Of a DNA stretch of 64,000 bases, positions 14,830-29,823 are shown piece after piece. Every line of letters begins with the position of its first letter. Within the stretch, counting starts at the first letter, position 1. Origin of the DNA: Blastocystis sp. Blastoise (taxonomy: Eukaryota > Protista > Bigyra: Opalinata); contig JBBPEB010000002.1 of NCBI GenBank assembly GCA_039096225.1, forward strand, positions 372,001 to 436,000. The letters are read 5' to 3'. A program made the translations under genes and the position numbers. A model generated the notes under the pieces. That model saw nothing but the letters and a program-made list of their open reading frames with translations. It was not told where the DNA came from and searched no databases.

Positions 14830-15872
14830 TATATATATTTATATACAAAGGATGGGTTATTTTGAAGGAATTCTAATATTTGGTTTTGATACTTAGACAG
14901 TCTATATACATATATATATATTAATAGTAATAATAATACTAATAATACAAATAATATAAATATATATATACTTAAAAACATAATTATATTCCGAAATCCA
15001 TTCAACAGGATGTCCACTTTCTAAAGATATCTATATATATATCTATATACATATATATATACATATATATATACACGTATATTATTGTCCACTGTAGTTT
15101 GTTTTTCTGTTAAAAATGATTCATCGCTTCGACAATACCATCCCTCGTATTCCCCTTTATAGATATCCCCGCGGGAAACCATCTGATTCCATACATAATC
15201 ACATACCTTTATATATATAGTTAAAATGTATATAATTATCAAAAGTACATATATATATAACTACCAAATATCGAAAACATAAAACTAAATATATAACAAA
15301 ATTATTCAAATATGGAAAACATAGAATTAAAAGCATTCTTAAAAAACATAAATAATACAACCAAAATGATCAAAGCAAATATATATATATATACCATTTC
15401 ATGTCTTTTCTCAGTTGTTCGAATAAAGTCATCATAAGATATATTAAAGTGTTTAAATGACTTTTGGAATTCAGAAGATATTTTATTCGTATAATCAACG
15501 ATACTTTCTCCGGAATTCTGAGATTCCTTTTGAATTTTACTTCCATGTTCATCAGTGCCTGTAGTGAATAATACATGATCACCCTTTTGTCGATGCCAAC
15601 GAGAAATACAATCGGCTAGTACGTTAGAATAAATATGACCTATGTGAGGAGCTCCATTTACATAGTAGATCGGTGTAGTCACCGTAAATTGACGTGATAT
15701 ATTAACCTATAAAAGAAATAATAATAATTCGAATATAAAAAGACATTTGACATAGTATAATTAGGTTTTTATGTACGGATTGTGTTGATAAACATCGTAG
15801 AATAGATGTCGATGATTGTAAAAAAATAGATGATGGCAACTTTTGAGGAATACACCTGATCAAATGAAACAT
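13137..15872 (-). CDS. MARS2: Methionyl-tRNA synthetase, bacterial/mitochondrial type, multi-exon, with a possible N-terminal targeting peptide
   Basis: [15 protein letters not shown] (HIGH), [59 protein letters not shown]. The N-terminus is Ser/Arg-rich. Confidence 0.92.
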
Positions 15873-16416
15873 AGACGTCTCTATATATAGAACAATAATT
15901 TAAGCATAGAAAAAATCAATTAATAATACAATTCATACACCTATTAAAAAAAACAAACTATTTTTCATTTTTTTAAGTCGTCTTCTCGTTTAGTATAAAA
16001 ATACATTTTTAAAATTCATTTTTTATTATTTTTTAGAATTCTAGTATCCTCTACTTTTTGTAGTACTGTATATTAAGAAAAATATAAACAAATTATGTAT
16101 GATCTTTCCGGATTATGTCATTATAATATATCTGTTCCAATTTAGATTGCGTTATGAATATTGCTGATATAAAAAATCGTTGCTATTAACTAAATGGAGC
16201 AAATAAATAGACAACGGTGTTCATGGCATAAATAAAACAACTTAACAATCATATTATATAGTATAAAACAGTATAAAATATATGTTACGCATAAATTAGT
16301 GTCTCAAAATAGAAAAATGGAAAAGAAAAGAGAGACAATCAGTTTTTGGTATAAGATAACCGTTTGTTTACGATAAATATAAGTGGACACATATTCCAGG
16401 ATACTGCTAATTGCTT

Positions 16417-16882
16417 TTAAATATCTCTGAATTCCTCAGCATTATGAGTTTTATTCAATTTATCTTGTAACTCATCTTTATGAAGAAGAAGTTGATCTAG
16501 CTATATATAAATATTATTAATCGTCTATTATCATAATTATATATAATAATAAATATAAAACCTAAGCCATAAATCAAAAACAAAACAAAAAAATACTTGA
16601 TCACGAAGTGGTGTACATTTAATTCTAGCATCATAAGCATCAGCAGCAGTTCCAGCTAAAGCACCAACAATAAATGGACTGTAACGCTTCATTTTGATCG
16701 AGATAGGTACCGTAATAATGGAAGCGATGACACAATACTACACGATATAGACATATTACGTTCTTATTAGTATCAAATACCTTTAATTTGTAGCTAACAC
16801 ATCGATCATACTGATCTCTGAGGTCTTTTTCCTTAGATGAGACAATATCTAATTCTTTCAATATATCTAGAGTGGAGTCCAT
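16417..16882 (-). CDS. Small hypothetical protein (~100 aa, 3 exons) with two short hydrophobic segments
   Basis: Spliced reading MDSTLDILKELD..RCVSYKLK / YCVIASIITVPISIKMKRYSPFIVGALAGTAADAYDARIKCTPLRDQ / LDQLLLHKDELQDKLN..DI*. Confidence 0.65.
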
Positions 16883-17068
16883 TTTATGTAGAAGCTTTTT
16901 GATATATTATTTGAAATATTTATGAAGAATAATGAATAATAAATGACAGAAATCAAATGGAAGAATCTTTTTTTCTACATAATCAATTTCAGCATGATAC
17001 AGTTACTAACTGATTTTTTCTTATTTTATCTGAAATTTGATTTTTGTGTTTTTTCTTTCATGCTAGGA

Positions 17069-18758
17069 ATGGATAGTTATTCTGATTTGAATATGAATAA
17101 TATGCATGTAGGTCAATATGTATATAAATAGAATCAAAATAGATCATAATAAGTCGATGATACTACTAGTTTCTTCATCAATTATATATATTTTATCTAT
17201 AGAATTCGCAGAATGATGAGAATGATGAGAATAATGATAGTAATGTGAGTAAAGCTGTGAATAGTATTGAATTACAATTAAAGGTATATGAATACTCAAA
17301 AAAATGTTAGTTTTTCTTTTATATTTGTAATTATTTTAATTTATTATATATCTAGAAAGATAATGAAGAGTTAAGAGTGAGGAATGATCAGCTTCAAAAG
17401 CAATTACAAAATATTTATGAGCAATTAGGAGTATCTAATAGTGATTTTACTAATATTCAAGTAAAAATTGATGAATTAAGATCAGCTACATTGAAATATG
17501 ATGCTTTAAAAGTATGTATAATAAGTAAAAATATAAAAATATTTATGATATTTGTGATATAGAATGAATTTGATAGTTTTCAAAAATCAAATTTGTCTTT
17601 AAATAATGAGAAGAAGTCTTTAACAATGAAATATAATCAAATATGTAATTATTTAAGTATAATAAGTGATCGAAATACAAAGCAAGCAAGTGATATTACT
17701 CAACTTAATGAACAAGTATTAAGACAGAAAACTAAATTAAGTATATTATTATTTTTTTTTTTATATAATGAAATAATAATATAAATAAATATAGGTGATA
17801 TTGAAACTGAGAATAAGTTATTGAAAAATAATAATAAGATAGAATTAACAAAATCTGAAGAATATAAGAAGCGTTTTGAATCAGCTAAAGAAGAGATAAA
17901 TAAGATAACACAAAAATTGAATGAAATTAGTACTGAACGAACAGATCTATATAATGATTTAATAGTATATACTAGAATAATAATAATTTAAATAAATATT
18001 AATATATTAATATATATATATAAATAGAAAGAAAGAAGTAAATGTAGTGATTATGAGTCTCAGATACATAGTTATATAGTGAAAGAAAGAGATTATTGTC
18101 GTCAAATTGATTCTTTAAAGAATAATATAAATGATTTAAATGAACAAATTATATCAAAACAAAATACAATTACTCGATTACAAGAAAGTGTATGTTTATT
18201 ATTTATAATAAATAAATAAATAAAAATATAATTATAAAAATATAATTATAAAAATATATAGATACAGAAATTAGCAAGTGAGATAGAGATGAATAAAGAA
18301 GATTTAAGTTCTATTCAATATAAATATTCAACATTACAAGATCAAGAAACTAGTAATTCAGAGAGTAGAAGACAATTACAAGTAGAATTTAAACGAAAAG
18401 AAGAAAAGATAAAAACTATGGAATTAATGTTACAGAATACAAGAATGAATTGTGCTCTTTTGAAATCTACATTAGAAAAAGCAGGTATACCATTACCTCA
18501 ATTTTTAAGATCTGAAACACAAGTATATTTTTATTATTATTATTAAATTGTTTATATCTGTATATATAGCCTATTATACAAACATCTCAAGAATTATCTT
18601 CAAATAATGAATCCATTCTTGATTCACCTAGTAATAATCCATTTGCTAGAGTATCTTCAACAGCTCCTGCATCATTATTTCAAACAAATATGAATATTAA
18701 TAATATTAATAATAATAATAATAATAGTAATAATAATAATAATAATAATAATATTAAT

Positions 18759-18831
<73 letters not shown>

Positions 18832-19631
18832 TTAATAATAATATTAATAATAATATTAATAATAATAATAATAAAAGTTCTTTTATACGTACAGAATCTT
18901 CTAAAGATACTTCAATGTCTCATAATATTACATGGACTTCAACTAATCAATATCCATCAACAACACCTATTCATACAGTCTCTAATCCTTCAATAAATCC
19001 ATCAACAATATTCCAATCAAAAACATTTCCTTCTTTAAATACTAAACCTATCTATCCTAATTATCCATTCTCTACATCTATTCAACAATCAACAACATTT
19101 GAAACTCCAACAACATCACAAACATCATGGAATCCTATTCAAACTAATCTTTATAGTTCTACTTATCCTCCTTCTTCTACTCCTCATCCTTATACATTTC
19201 AACCTTATATTCCTTCTAGTTCTATTCTATCAACTACACCTAAAATTAATAATAATAATAATAATAATACAAATACATCTATACCTATTACTCCTATTCA
19301 TCAACCTGATTTCACACTTCCTTTCTCTTCTATTAAACCAATAATACCACGATCTCAAACAACAAATACAATTTTAAGTCCTATATTAAGTTCTTCTAAT
19401 AATCAAAATTCTACTTTACTTAATACTCCAATTAATATACAAGAGAAATCAAAAGATAATATAAATACATCAAAAAATAATATATCTCCTAATACTTCAT
19501 CTTCACAATCATTCTCTTCAATTGATATCGATAAATCAATTTCTGGATTCTCTACTCAAATTGATGCCATAAGAAAAATCAATACTGAAATCACTTCTGT
19601 TTTTAATGAATCTGGTATCATTCATTCTTAA
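17069..19631 (+). CDS. Hypothetical coiled-coil protein with poly-Asn and an S/T/P-rich C-terminal region, multi-exon
   Basis: Successive heptad-rich exons (ELRVRNDQLQKQLQ.., LQVEFKRKEEKIKTMEL) joined by GT-AG introns to the 18690-19631 ORF. Confidence 0.7.
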
Positions 19632-21220
19632 GAATAATTATATGATATTTTTATTTTCACTTATTATTAATATGATATTTTCTTTTTTTTCCTATTTTCT
19701 ATTTTCATTATTTTTTATTTTTTTTATTTTTATTTTTACATTCTTTTTCCTCTTTTTTTTATTATTTATTTTATTACTGAAAGAATATTATTATTCTATT
19801 TTATGATAGTGAAAAAAGTTTAAAAATATTCTTTATTCTCATATTATTGCTTAATAGTGTTATTCTTTTATCTTTTAAAGTGGGTAGTATTTTATGTGAT
19901 GATATTATTACTTTATTAATAAAACATGTATCAATTATTATTTGATAGTGTTATAATTAAATGTGTTTTTCTTATAATTGTCGATAATATAATAAATATC
20001 AAATTATTTGTTCAAAAATTAAAAAAAACTTCTTACTGATTTAATTGAAATATTACCTAATTTAAAACAAGTTATACTGATAAAAATTTTATATTAAAGA
20101 ATAATATACACAATTTCATATAAAATAATAATTTTATTTTATAGAGATTATATTTTTAATTACTGATTCATTTTTCTATATCATGATATATTATAGTACC
20201 ATATTGTTTTCTATATAAATGAAAGTATATCTCTTTATCATTTATTTCTATTGGTTCCTATTCTTCTATTATAATTAAGATGTTTATAGGCTTTAATACA
20301 TTTCGAATATTATTAAATGACTTACTCTAGCAAAAAATATTATAAATAGTAATGAGAACGATATGTATTTGATTTTATGCAAAATAATAATCTTATTAAT
20401 CAAAATATATATATATAATTATATATAAAATGATTAAAATATTTATATAATGAAGAATAAATTGGAAAAAAAAATATAATTTATAAATGAAAAGTAAATA
20501 AAAAGAAGATTAATGAATATTAAAATAAAAGATTGTTAGTATATGATAAAAAATAATGAATATTTTGAAGAATAGAAAAATAATTTTGAAGATAAGAAAA
20601 AATATTTATTGTATAAAAAGTATTAGAATGATTTTATATGTGAATAAGAAATAGAATATTGAAAAAAGAAGAAGAATAAGTTTGGATTAATTAAATAATA
20701 ATGATAAAAATGTTATTATGAAGATAAATAGAATAAAATAGAGAATATATAATGAAATATGAATGAATTCAATTGAATTGTTTTTATATTAAATAATAAA
20801 TAAATAAAATATAAAAGAATAATAATAATCGTAAAAATTTCAAGAAAAAAAGAAAAATATAAAAAAAAAGAATGTAAAGTGATAATGAATGAATATTTGA
20901 TGATAAATAAGAAAAATGAATAGATGTTTGAACATAAGACTGAAGGTAAGAAAGGGTAAGAATGGTAATAATCGTGATAAATAGATAAAAAGAAGGCTAA
21001 ATAGATAAATAAACCTGGAAATAATATAAATAAGAATGAAAAGAAGTCCATTCATTTTTGTATGAAAAGATAAAATACTCTTACTACTGTGTCTGCTTTA
21101 TAGCTTAAATTGATTCAGGTAAATAATATAATAATAAATATAATAGTTGATATATGTAGATAATATAAAATGAATAAAAATAGAATATAAAATAATAAAT
21201 AATTTGTATAGCTGAAGAAA

Positions 21221-21771
21221 ATGTCTCTTAGTGAATTATCTGTTGTCGAAAAGGAAGAACTCATCGTTTCCCTTGCTGCTCTTATCTGTGCTGATGGTAG
21301 CGTTGCTACTTCCGTAAGTAGTTATTATAATTGATAGAAAATTGAATAATAATAATGATATTTAAAATATAAATGATTTAATAAGATTGAATATAATTGT
21401 TTTAAATGAAAATAATATTATTAAATTGTTAATTTATTATTATTATTATTTTTTATTATTATTATTAGTATTAATTTTATAATATATATATATATATATA
21501 GAAGGAAAACCTTGATACTCTTATTGAAAAGAGTGGTAACAAAGTCGATTCTTATTGGACTGCTATCTTTGCTTCTCATCTTGAAGGAAAGAACGTTCTT
21601 GATATGATCGCTTCTGGAGTTTCTGCTGCTGCTGCTCCTGCTGCTGCTGGTGCCGCTGCTGCTTCTACTGATGCTCCTGCTGAAGAAAAGAAGGAAGAAG
21701 AAGAAGAAGAAGAAGAAGACTTAGGTGGTGCTGGTGGTCTCTTCGGTGGTGATGATGATGATGACTGGTAA
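21221..21771 (+). CDS. RPLP1: 60S acidic ribosomal protein P1, copy 1; intron 21314-21501
   Basis: [78 protein letters not shown]. Confidence 0.93.
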
Positions 21772-21961
21772 ACCATTTAATTCATCTAAGAAAGATGTAA
21801 ATTGTTTTTTCTTCATCGAATATAACTACAATAATAAGAGAAAAAATAATTGTTTTGTTATTAAATATATATATTAAAAAATAATTATTATTTTCTTTAT
21901 TTTTAAAATTTTTATAATAAAACAAAACAAAAATAATAAAAACAATAAATTTACATATATT

Positions 21962-22189
21962 TTATTCATTTTTATTATTATTATTATTATTATCTAAATT
22001 AGTTTTTTTATATTGATTTTCTAAATGATTTGCCTATAATAATAATTAAAATATATAAATAAATATATATACAACATGAAGTGCTTGTTGAACCCATACT
22101 TTGATATCTGGAACTTGATAATTTTGTGCAACATAAAGACCACCAATAAAACCAATAAAAATACTTGAAAGATTAGAAATTCCAGTCAT
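21962..22189 (-). CDS. STMP1: Short transmembrane mitochondrial protein 1-like (DUF4535), copy 1, 2 exons
   Basis: MTGISNLSSIFIGFIGGLYVAQNYQVPDIKVW contains the G..G.Y.AQNY.VP signature. Confidence 0.8.
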
Positions 22190-22734
22190 TATTGTCTATT
22201 AAATCTATATAATATAATTTTAATAAAAATATAGAAATTAAATGGAAAAGTCAATCAGTCATCTCTTTATAAGATACATAATAATTTATAAATAAATACA
22301 TAAAGATATTAATAATAATAATATAAAGACTAAATAGAATAAAAATAACTATTATATATAATAATAATAAATAATAAAATGATAAAAATTTTCGTACAGT
22401 TTTCTTTTTCATTATTATTACTATTATTTTTTTTTTGATTTATAAAGAATTGAATAAAATAAATTTTTGTTTTTTTTATAATTATAATTTTATAAGAATC
22501 TTATTTTAATTTTATTATAAAAATCATTTAGTATTGATTATTAAAATGTATAATAATATATTATTTTATTATTTATTGGTAATTATTATTAATAAAGAAT
22601 ATATATATATATATAATATAATATAACAAAACATTATTAAAAATTATAAATTTATAGAATAATAATAATAATAATAATAATAGTTATTATTATTATTATT
22701 TAAATAACATTAGAAATAATGTTATATAATAATT

Positions 22735-23408
22735 TTAAGCCATACAAGTTTTCTTATTCTTTTCAACAAAGAACATATTTTCAAGTGGTATCTATATATA
22801 ATAATAGTTATCATTAATAAATAAAAATAAAAATAAAAATAAAAATAATAAATAAAAATAAAAATAAAAATAAAAATAATAATAATAGTTTATCAATAAT
22901 AAATAAAAATAAAATAAAAAATAAAAATAAAAATAAAAATAAATACATCATATAATTCATTAATAAGATCTGCTAATTCATCACGAATATCTCCTTGAAC
23001 ATGAACTTCATCTTTTCCATCAGCACTCTTTTCTGTTGAAACACCACAAGAAAACTTTTTACCAAATGTTTTACAAGCTTCTTTTATTTTTACATCCCAT
23101 AAATCTAATCCTGTTACAATTGTAATATATTTATGTTTCTGACGACTTTTTATTGTAAATATTAATTCTTTTACACCAGTATCTTTCTTAGACTTCTTTC
23201 TTAATGGCTGAGATATTTTAGCTCGTTTAGCTATTGCTTCTTGTGTAGCTTCAATTTGTTCTTGAGTAAATTCTATACTTGATAATTCTGGATATAAATC
23301 AAGATGAGTTTCTTTTAACCATGGTTTACATAAATCAAAACAAGGACCATATTCACAATATTCAGGTGGTAAACCACAAACATCACAATATTCTATATTT
23401 AAAGCCAT
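22735..23408 (-). CDS. DENR: Density-regulated protein / Tma22 (SUI1 domain), copy 1, 2 exons
   Basis: YCDVCGLPPEYCEY zinc motif, KYITIVTGL, FGKKFSCG, EVHVQGD. Confidence 0.93.
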
Positions 23409-23776
23409 ATTTTCTATATAAATTTTATTATATTTATATATAAAATATATTAATATACATCAAAAATAATATAATATATATATATTTATTATTAAAATAA
23501 TAAAAATATGAATATTGAATTAATGTTTAAAAAAATAATGGAAAAGAAAGAATAATAGAGTGAAAAATGTAAAAGAACCATGAATATAGAAAGATAAGCA
23601 AAAAGTCAAAAGAAAAAAATAATGATAAAAGAATCAAGGGAAGAAATAGAATAAAAGTAAAAAATATGAAAAGAATCGATAATATAATAATATTCCATTC
23701 AATCGTATGTATATATAATAATAGGATAAATAAATATATATTAGAATATAATATTTTGAATATATAAAGAATATAA

Positions 23777-26374
<2,598 letters not shown>

Positions 26375-26745
26375 ATAATAATACATTTATTATATTATTA
26401 TTTTAAATGAATTCTATAAATATTTATATTATTAATTCTATATATAGTTTTTATTATTCTCAATTTATTTAAATTTTTCAGTATATTTACTGTTTTTTCT
26501 TATTTGTTTCTCTTCTTTTTGTTTACTAATCTGTCTTCTTCATTCTCTTTGTTGTTGGGGTCGAATATTGTAGGGTTTAAGGTTTAGTGTATTTGCAATC
26601 CTATCAAAAAATGTACCACTTTCATAGTATAATACACTCATTTATGTTAACATAGAGTTAAGCATATATTTGTCTTCTGGCATTGAATTACCGTAGTTTT
26701 ATACATACATTAATATAAAATCACTATGGACATTTTTTCAGGTTT

Positions 26746-26959
26746 CTGTCAAAAGGTCCAACGACTTTTTTGTTTTGGTTTCCCCAGTGGTGAGCAGTGA
26801 AAATTTTTAAATATGTAGCTGACAAAAGGTTATTTGATTTTTCTGTTTGGTTTCCCCAGTGGTGGAGCAGTGAAAAAATTTTAAAGGGTAGCTGACAAAA
26901 GGTCCAACGACTTTTTTGCTTTGGTTTCCCCAGTGGTGAGCAGTGAAATTTTTTGTCAG
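26746..26959. repeat. 73-bp tandem repeat x3 (CTGACAAAAGG...TTTGGTTTCCCCAGTGGTGAGCAGTGAAA...)
   Basis: Units start at 26746, 26819 and 26892. The array ends with TTTTGTCAG, the reverse complement of the unit start. Confidence 0.9.
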
Positions 26960-27244
26960 AGTTTCAGTGATTTTATAAAATCGAAAAGCAGTGCAAAAGT
27001 ATGACGCACCTTAAAACAATAATTGGCGAATAAAAATGGTTTTAAATATTCTCTATTTTTTCATTTATTGGTTTTTTTATTCTTTTTGTGGTGTAATAAT
27101 AAACGATATAACAAAACAAACAAATTAAATATTATCAAATAATCATAAAAACAAATAATAGAAAACAATAATAATAAATATATAAAAAAAAGATAATAAA
27201 ACATATAATAAATAATATAATAAAATATATATAATATTTAATTT

Positions 27245-27843
27245 ATAATATTTCAACCAGGACAGTTTCAGTCTTTAATTTGCATTTAAGCCTAAGCAAC
27301 CTATATAAAGAGATGATATTAGTTAAGTATTACTAATAATAATATATATATAACATTTTAAAATAATAATAAAATAAAAAATATATACCTTTTCTAATCA
27401 TTACAAGACAGGCAAGGAATCAAAGACAAAGAACCATCCTATAAAAGATATATGATAAATAGTATAATGAATAAAACAATATAATTAAATATATATATAT
27501 ACTTTTTATAAACCATTCTCTCCAATTAACAACAACGACAGCAACGGAACCCCTGGAAACCTATATAAAGATAGAGTAAGTTATATAATATAATAATATA
27601 TAATAAAGTAAATTAATATAGAATAATAAAATATAAATATATACATTAATGCTATATAAATATAAAGTGGGGTTAGTTATATAATATGTAATAGATAATA
27701 TAGATGATATATACCTTCTTTTAACATTGATTCCTTCCATTCTAGACCTAAAGAACCCATCTATAAGAGAGCCACGACCACACACAAGAAGGACCAGAAC
27801 GTTTAAGGAGACCAGCAAGTGTCAAAACACCAAGCAGAGACAG
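27245..27843 (-). ncRNA. Putative spliced non-coding transcript (or pseudogene); exons 27843-27715, 27560-27503, 27438-27389, 27300-~27245
   Basis: GC-richer blocks bounded by host-style TAG acceptors and GTAT donors. No spliced frame stays open across them. Confidence 0.45.
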
Positions 27844-29754
27844 CTACAATAGAAAAATGAATGAATAGAGTAGAAAAAATAAAATATAAAGAAACAGCAA
27901 ACACCTACCATCATAATAGTATCATATATAATAAAATAAAAATAAAATTTAATAATATATCATATTAATCATATAAGATATAATAAAATAAATATGTGAT
28001 AAGTCATGTAGCATTTTGTTTTGTTATAAAAGGGTGTAATAGGAATTTAGAAGATATAGCTGAAATAATGAAAATAAACATGAATAATCTCATATCTACT
28101 AAATATAGAGAATCTTCATCATAAGAAAAATGAATGGTTAAGAATAAAAGAGAAAGAAAAATTTTATTTCTATGAGGAAAATGGATATTGTTATTGTTAT
28201 TTTCAATTTATCATAATTATCATAAGTAATACAAAAATTGTTTTATTTTAAAGAATTATATAGTTATTTATCATTATATCATTTTATAATCAGTTTTGAC
28301 TATGGAAGAGTGATTTTTATCCTTAATTGTCAAAATTATTTTTAATATCACTCAGTAAGTATAAGTCTTTTAAAAAATAAATATAGGTTACAATACAGAC
28401 TTATAGAGAAGACTCTGAAACTTCTATTTCCAGAATAAAAGTCATTTATATAATCCAGAATGATTGCCTGAATCATTATTTAAAGAATCAGTTTTATCAC
28501 ATATCTTCAATAAAATTATAAAATAAAGAAAATGAAGATAAAAAGGTCTAGAGTCGAAAAATGTTATGAAATATTATCTTTTTAATGTATTTGTCCCGAT
28601 TTTTTATTAATCTGTTATCATAATATGACAAAGAGAGTGGTAAAAACATTTTAAAAGTGAATTAAAGCAATAATTGAGATCAAGTTAAAGTCTTCTAATA
28701 CCTTTAAATAGACTTGAAATACATAGAGTAAGCATTTTTTCATGCAAATAGTGTTTTTCATTTAAATAATATCAAAAACAAATCAAAATAGTATTTTATA
28801 ATTACTCAGCAAGAACTTTTTCTAGTATTCAAGGACTTACTATTATCAAATATACGTATAAACAAACAAAAATCATATTTTATATATTTTTAGTTGAATA
28901 GTCGGAGTCGTGTTGATAGTTTATTATAAAACAAATGCAAAAATCACTTTTTTGTCAAAAAAAGTCTTATATCGATATATAGTTTTATTCATAATTTATT
29001 TATTGTCTACAAACTCTGTGTATTCATTTTAAGTGATTTTTAGTAAAACTAAAATTATTTGAAATACATATTCTAATTTCGAAAATGACAAAAACATATT
29101 ATATTACATATTTAGTGTTTAAATGAAGTTTAAAAGTTATTAAAATATCAATTAGTTAAAAAATATAAAATATTGAGAATCTCCATTTTTATGACTTGTC
29201 TTAAATCACGTTAAAGGTGTATAATTGAATAGTTGCATTGATTATTTGTATGATTCTAGTAATATTTTCTAAGAATTTTGTTTTTTAACAAGAATAAATT
29301 CTTAATTTATTGTTTATCAACTTAAAAATGTATTTAAATGATTATTTTCTTGTGTAAAAGGGTATAGTGGTTATATGAAAAAAAAATTACGCAGAATCAT
29401 TTGATAATATAATTTTGAAAAATGAGAATTATTATTTTGAACTAAACTAATTTTTCACATATACTCATTATAAAACGACTTGAATAATCTTTTGAGAAGA
29501 TTATTTTGTTTTATAATACACTTAAGAAGTAATTGAATGTTATTGTGTCTCTTTTTGTTAAAAAGATTATTTTGAATGCTATTTTTGATTGATCTATATA
29601 TTATCAATGCATTCAATGATGAAATAAATACATATGTAAAGAAAAAATAGTAATTGATCTAATTTATCTTCATCTATTTGAATAGATAATTTTTGAAAAA
29701 ATTAATATAATATAATTATTGATACCTATATATAAAGAATTAGTTATGTAATTG

Positions 29755-29823
29755 ACCTTAAGACAGGAATTGAACCTGTTTTCTATCATAAACTGATAGA
29801 TACTTACCAATATAAGCTTAAGG
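29755..29823 (-). tRNA. Non-canonical tRNA-like cloverleaf (nominal anticodon TTT); pseudo-tRNA or tRNA mimic
   Basis: Minus strand reads CCTTAAG CTTA-TATTGG-TAAG TAT CTATC-AGTTTAT-GATAG AAA ACAGG-TTCAATT-CCTGT CTTAAGG T. All four stems pair perfectly and the T-loop is TTCAATT. It lacks the position 8-9 linker and U33. Confidence 0.6.

Noticed and set aside
20716-21055. Hydrophobic ORFs upstream of RPLP1 (and mirrors at 40983-41322)
   Set aside because: Compositional artefact of T-rich non-coding DNA, with no motif or splice support.
21576-21776. Ser/Ala-rich minus-strand ORF (and its mirror at 40258-40464)
   Set aside because: Antisense shadow of RPLP1 exon 2.
26746-26959. CRISPR array
   Set aside because: Whole units including the would-be spacers are homologous, there are only three copies, the context is eukaryotic and there are no cas genes.
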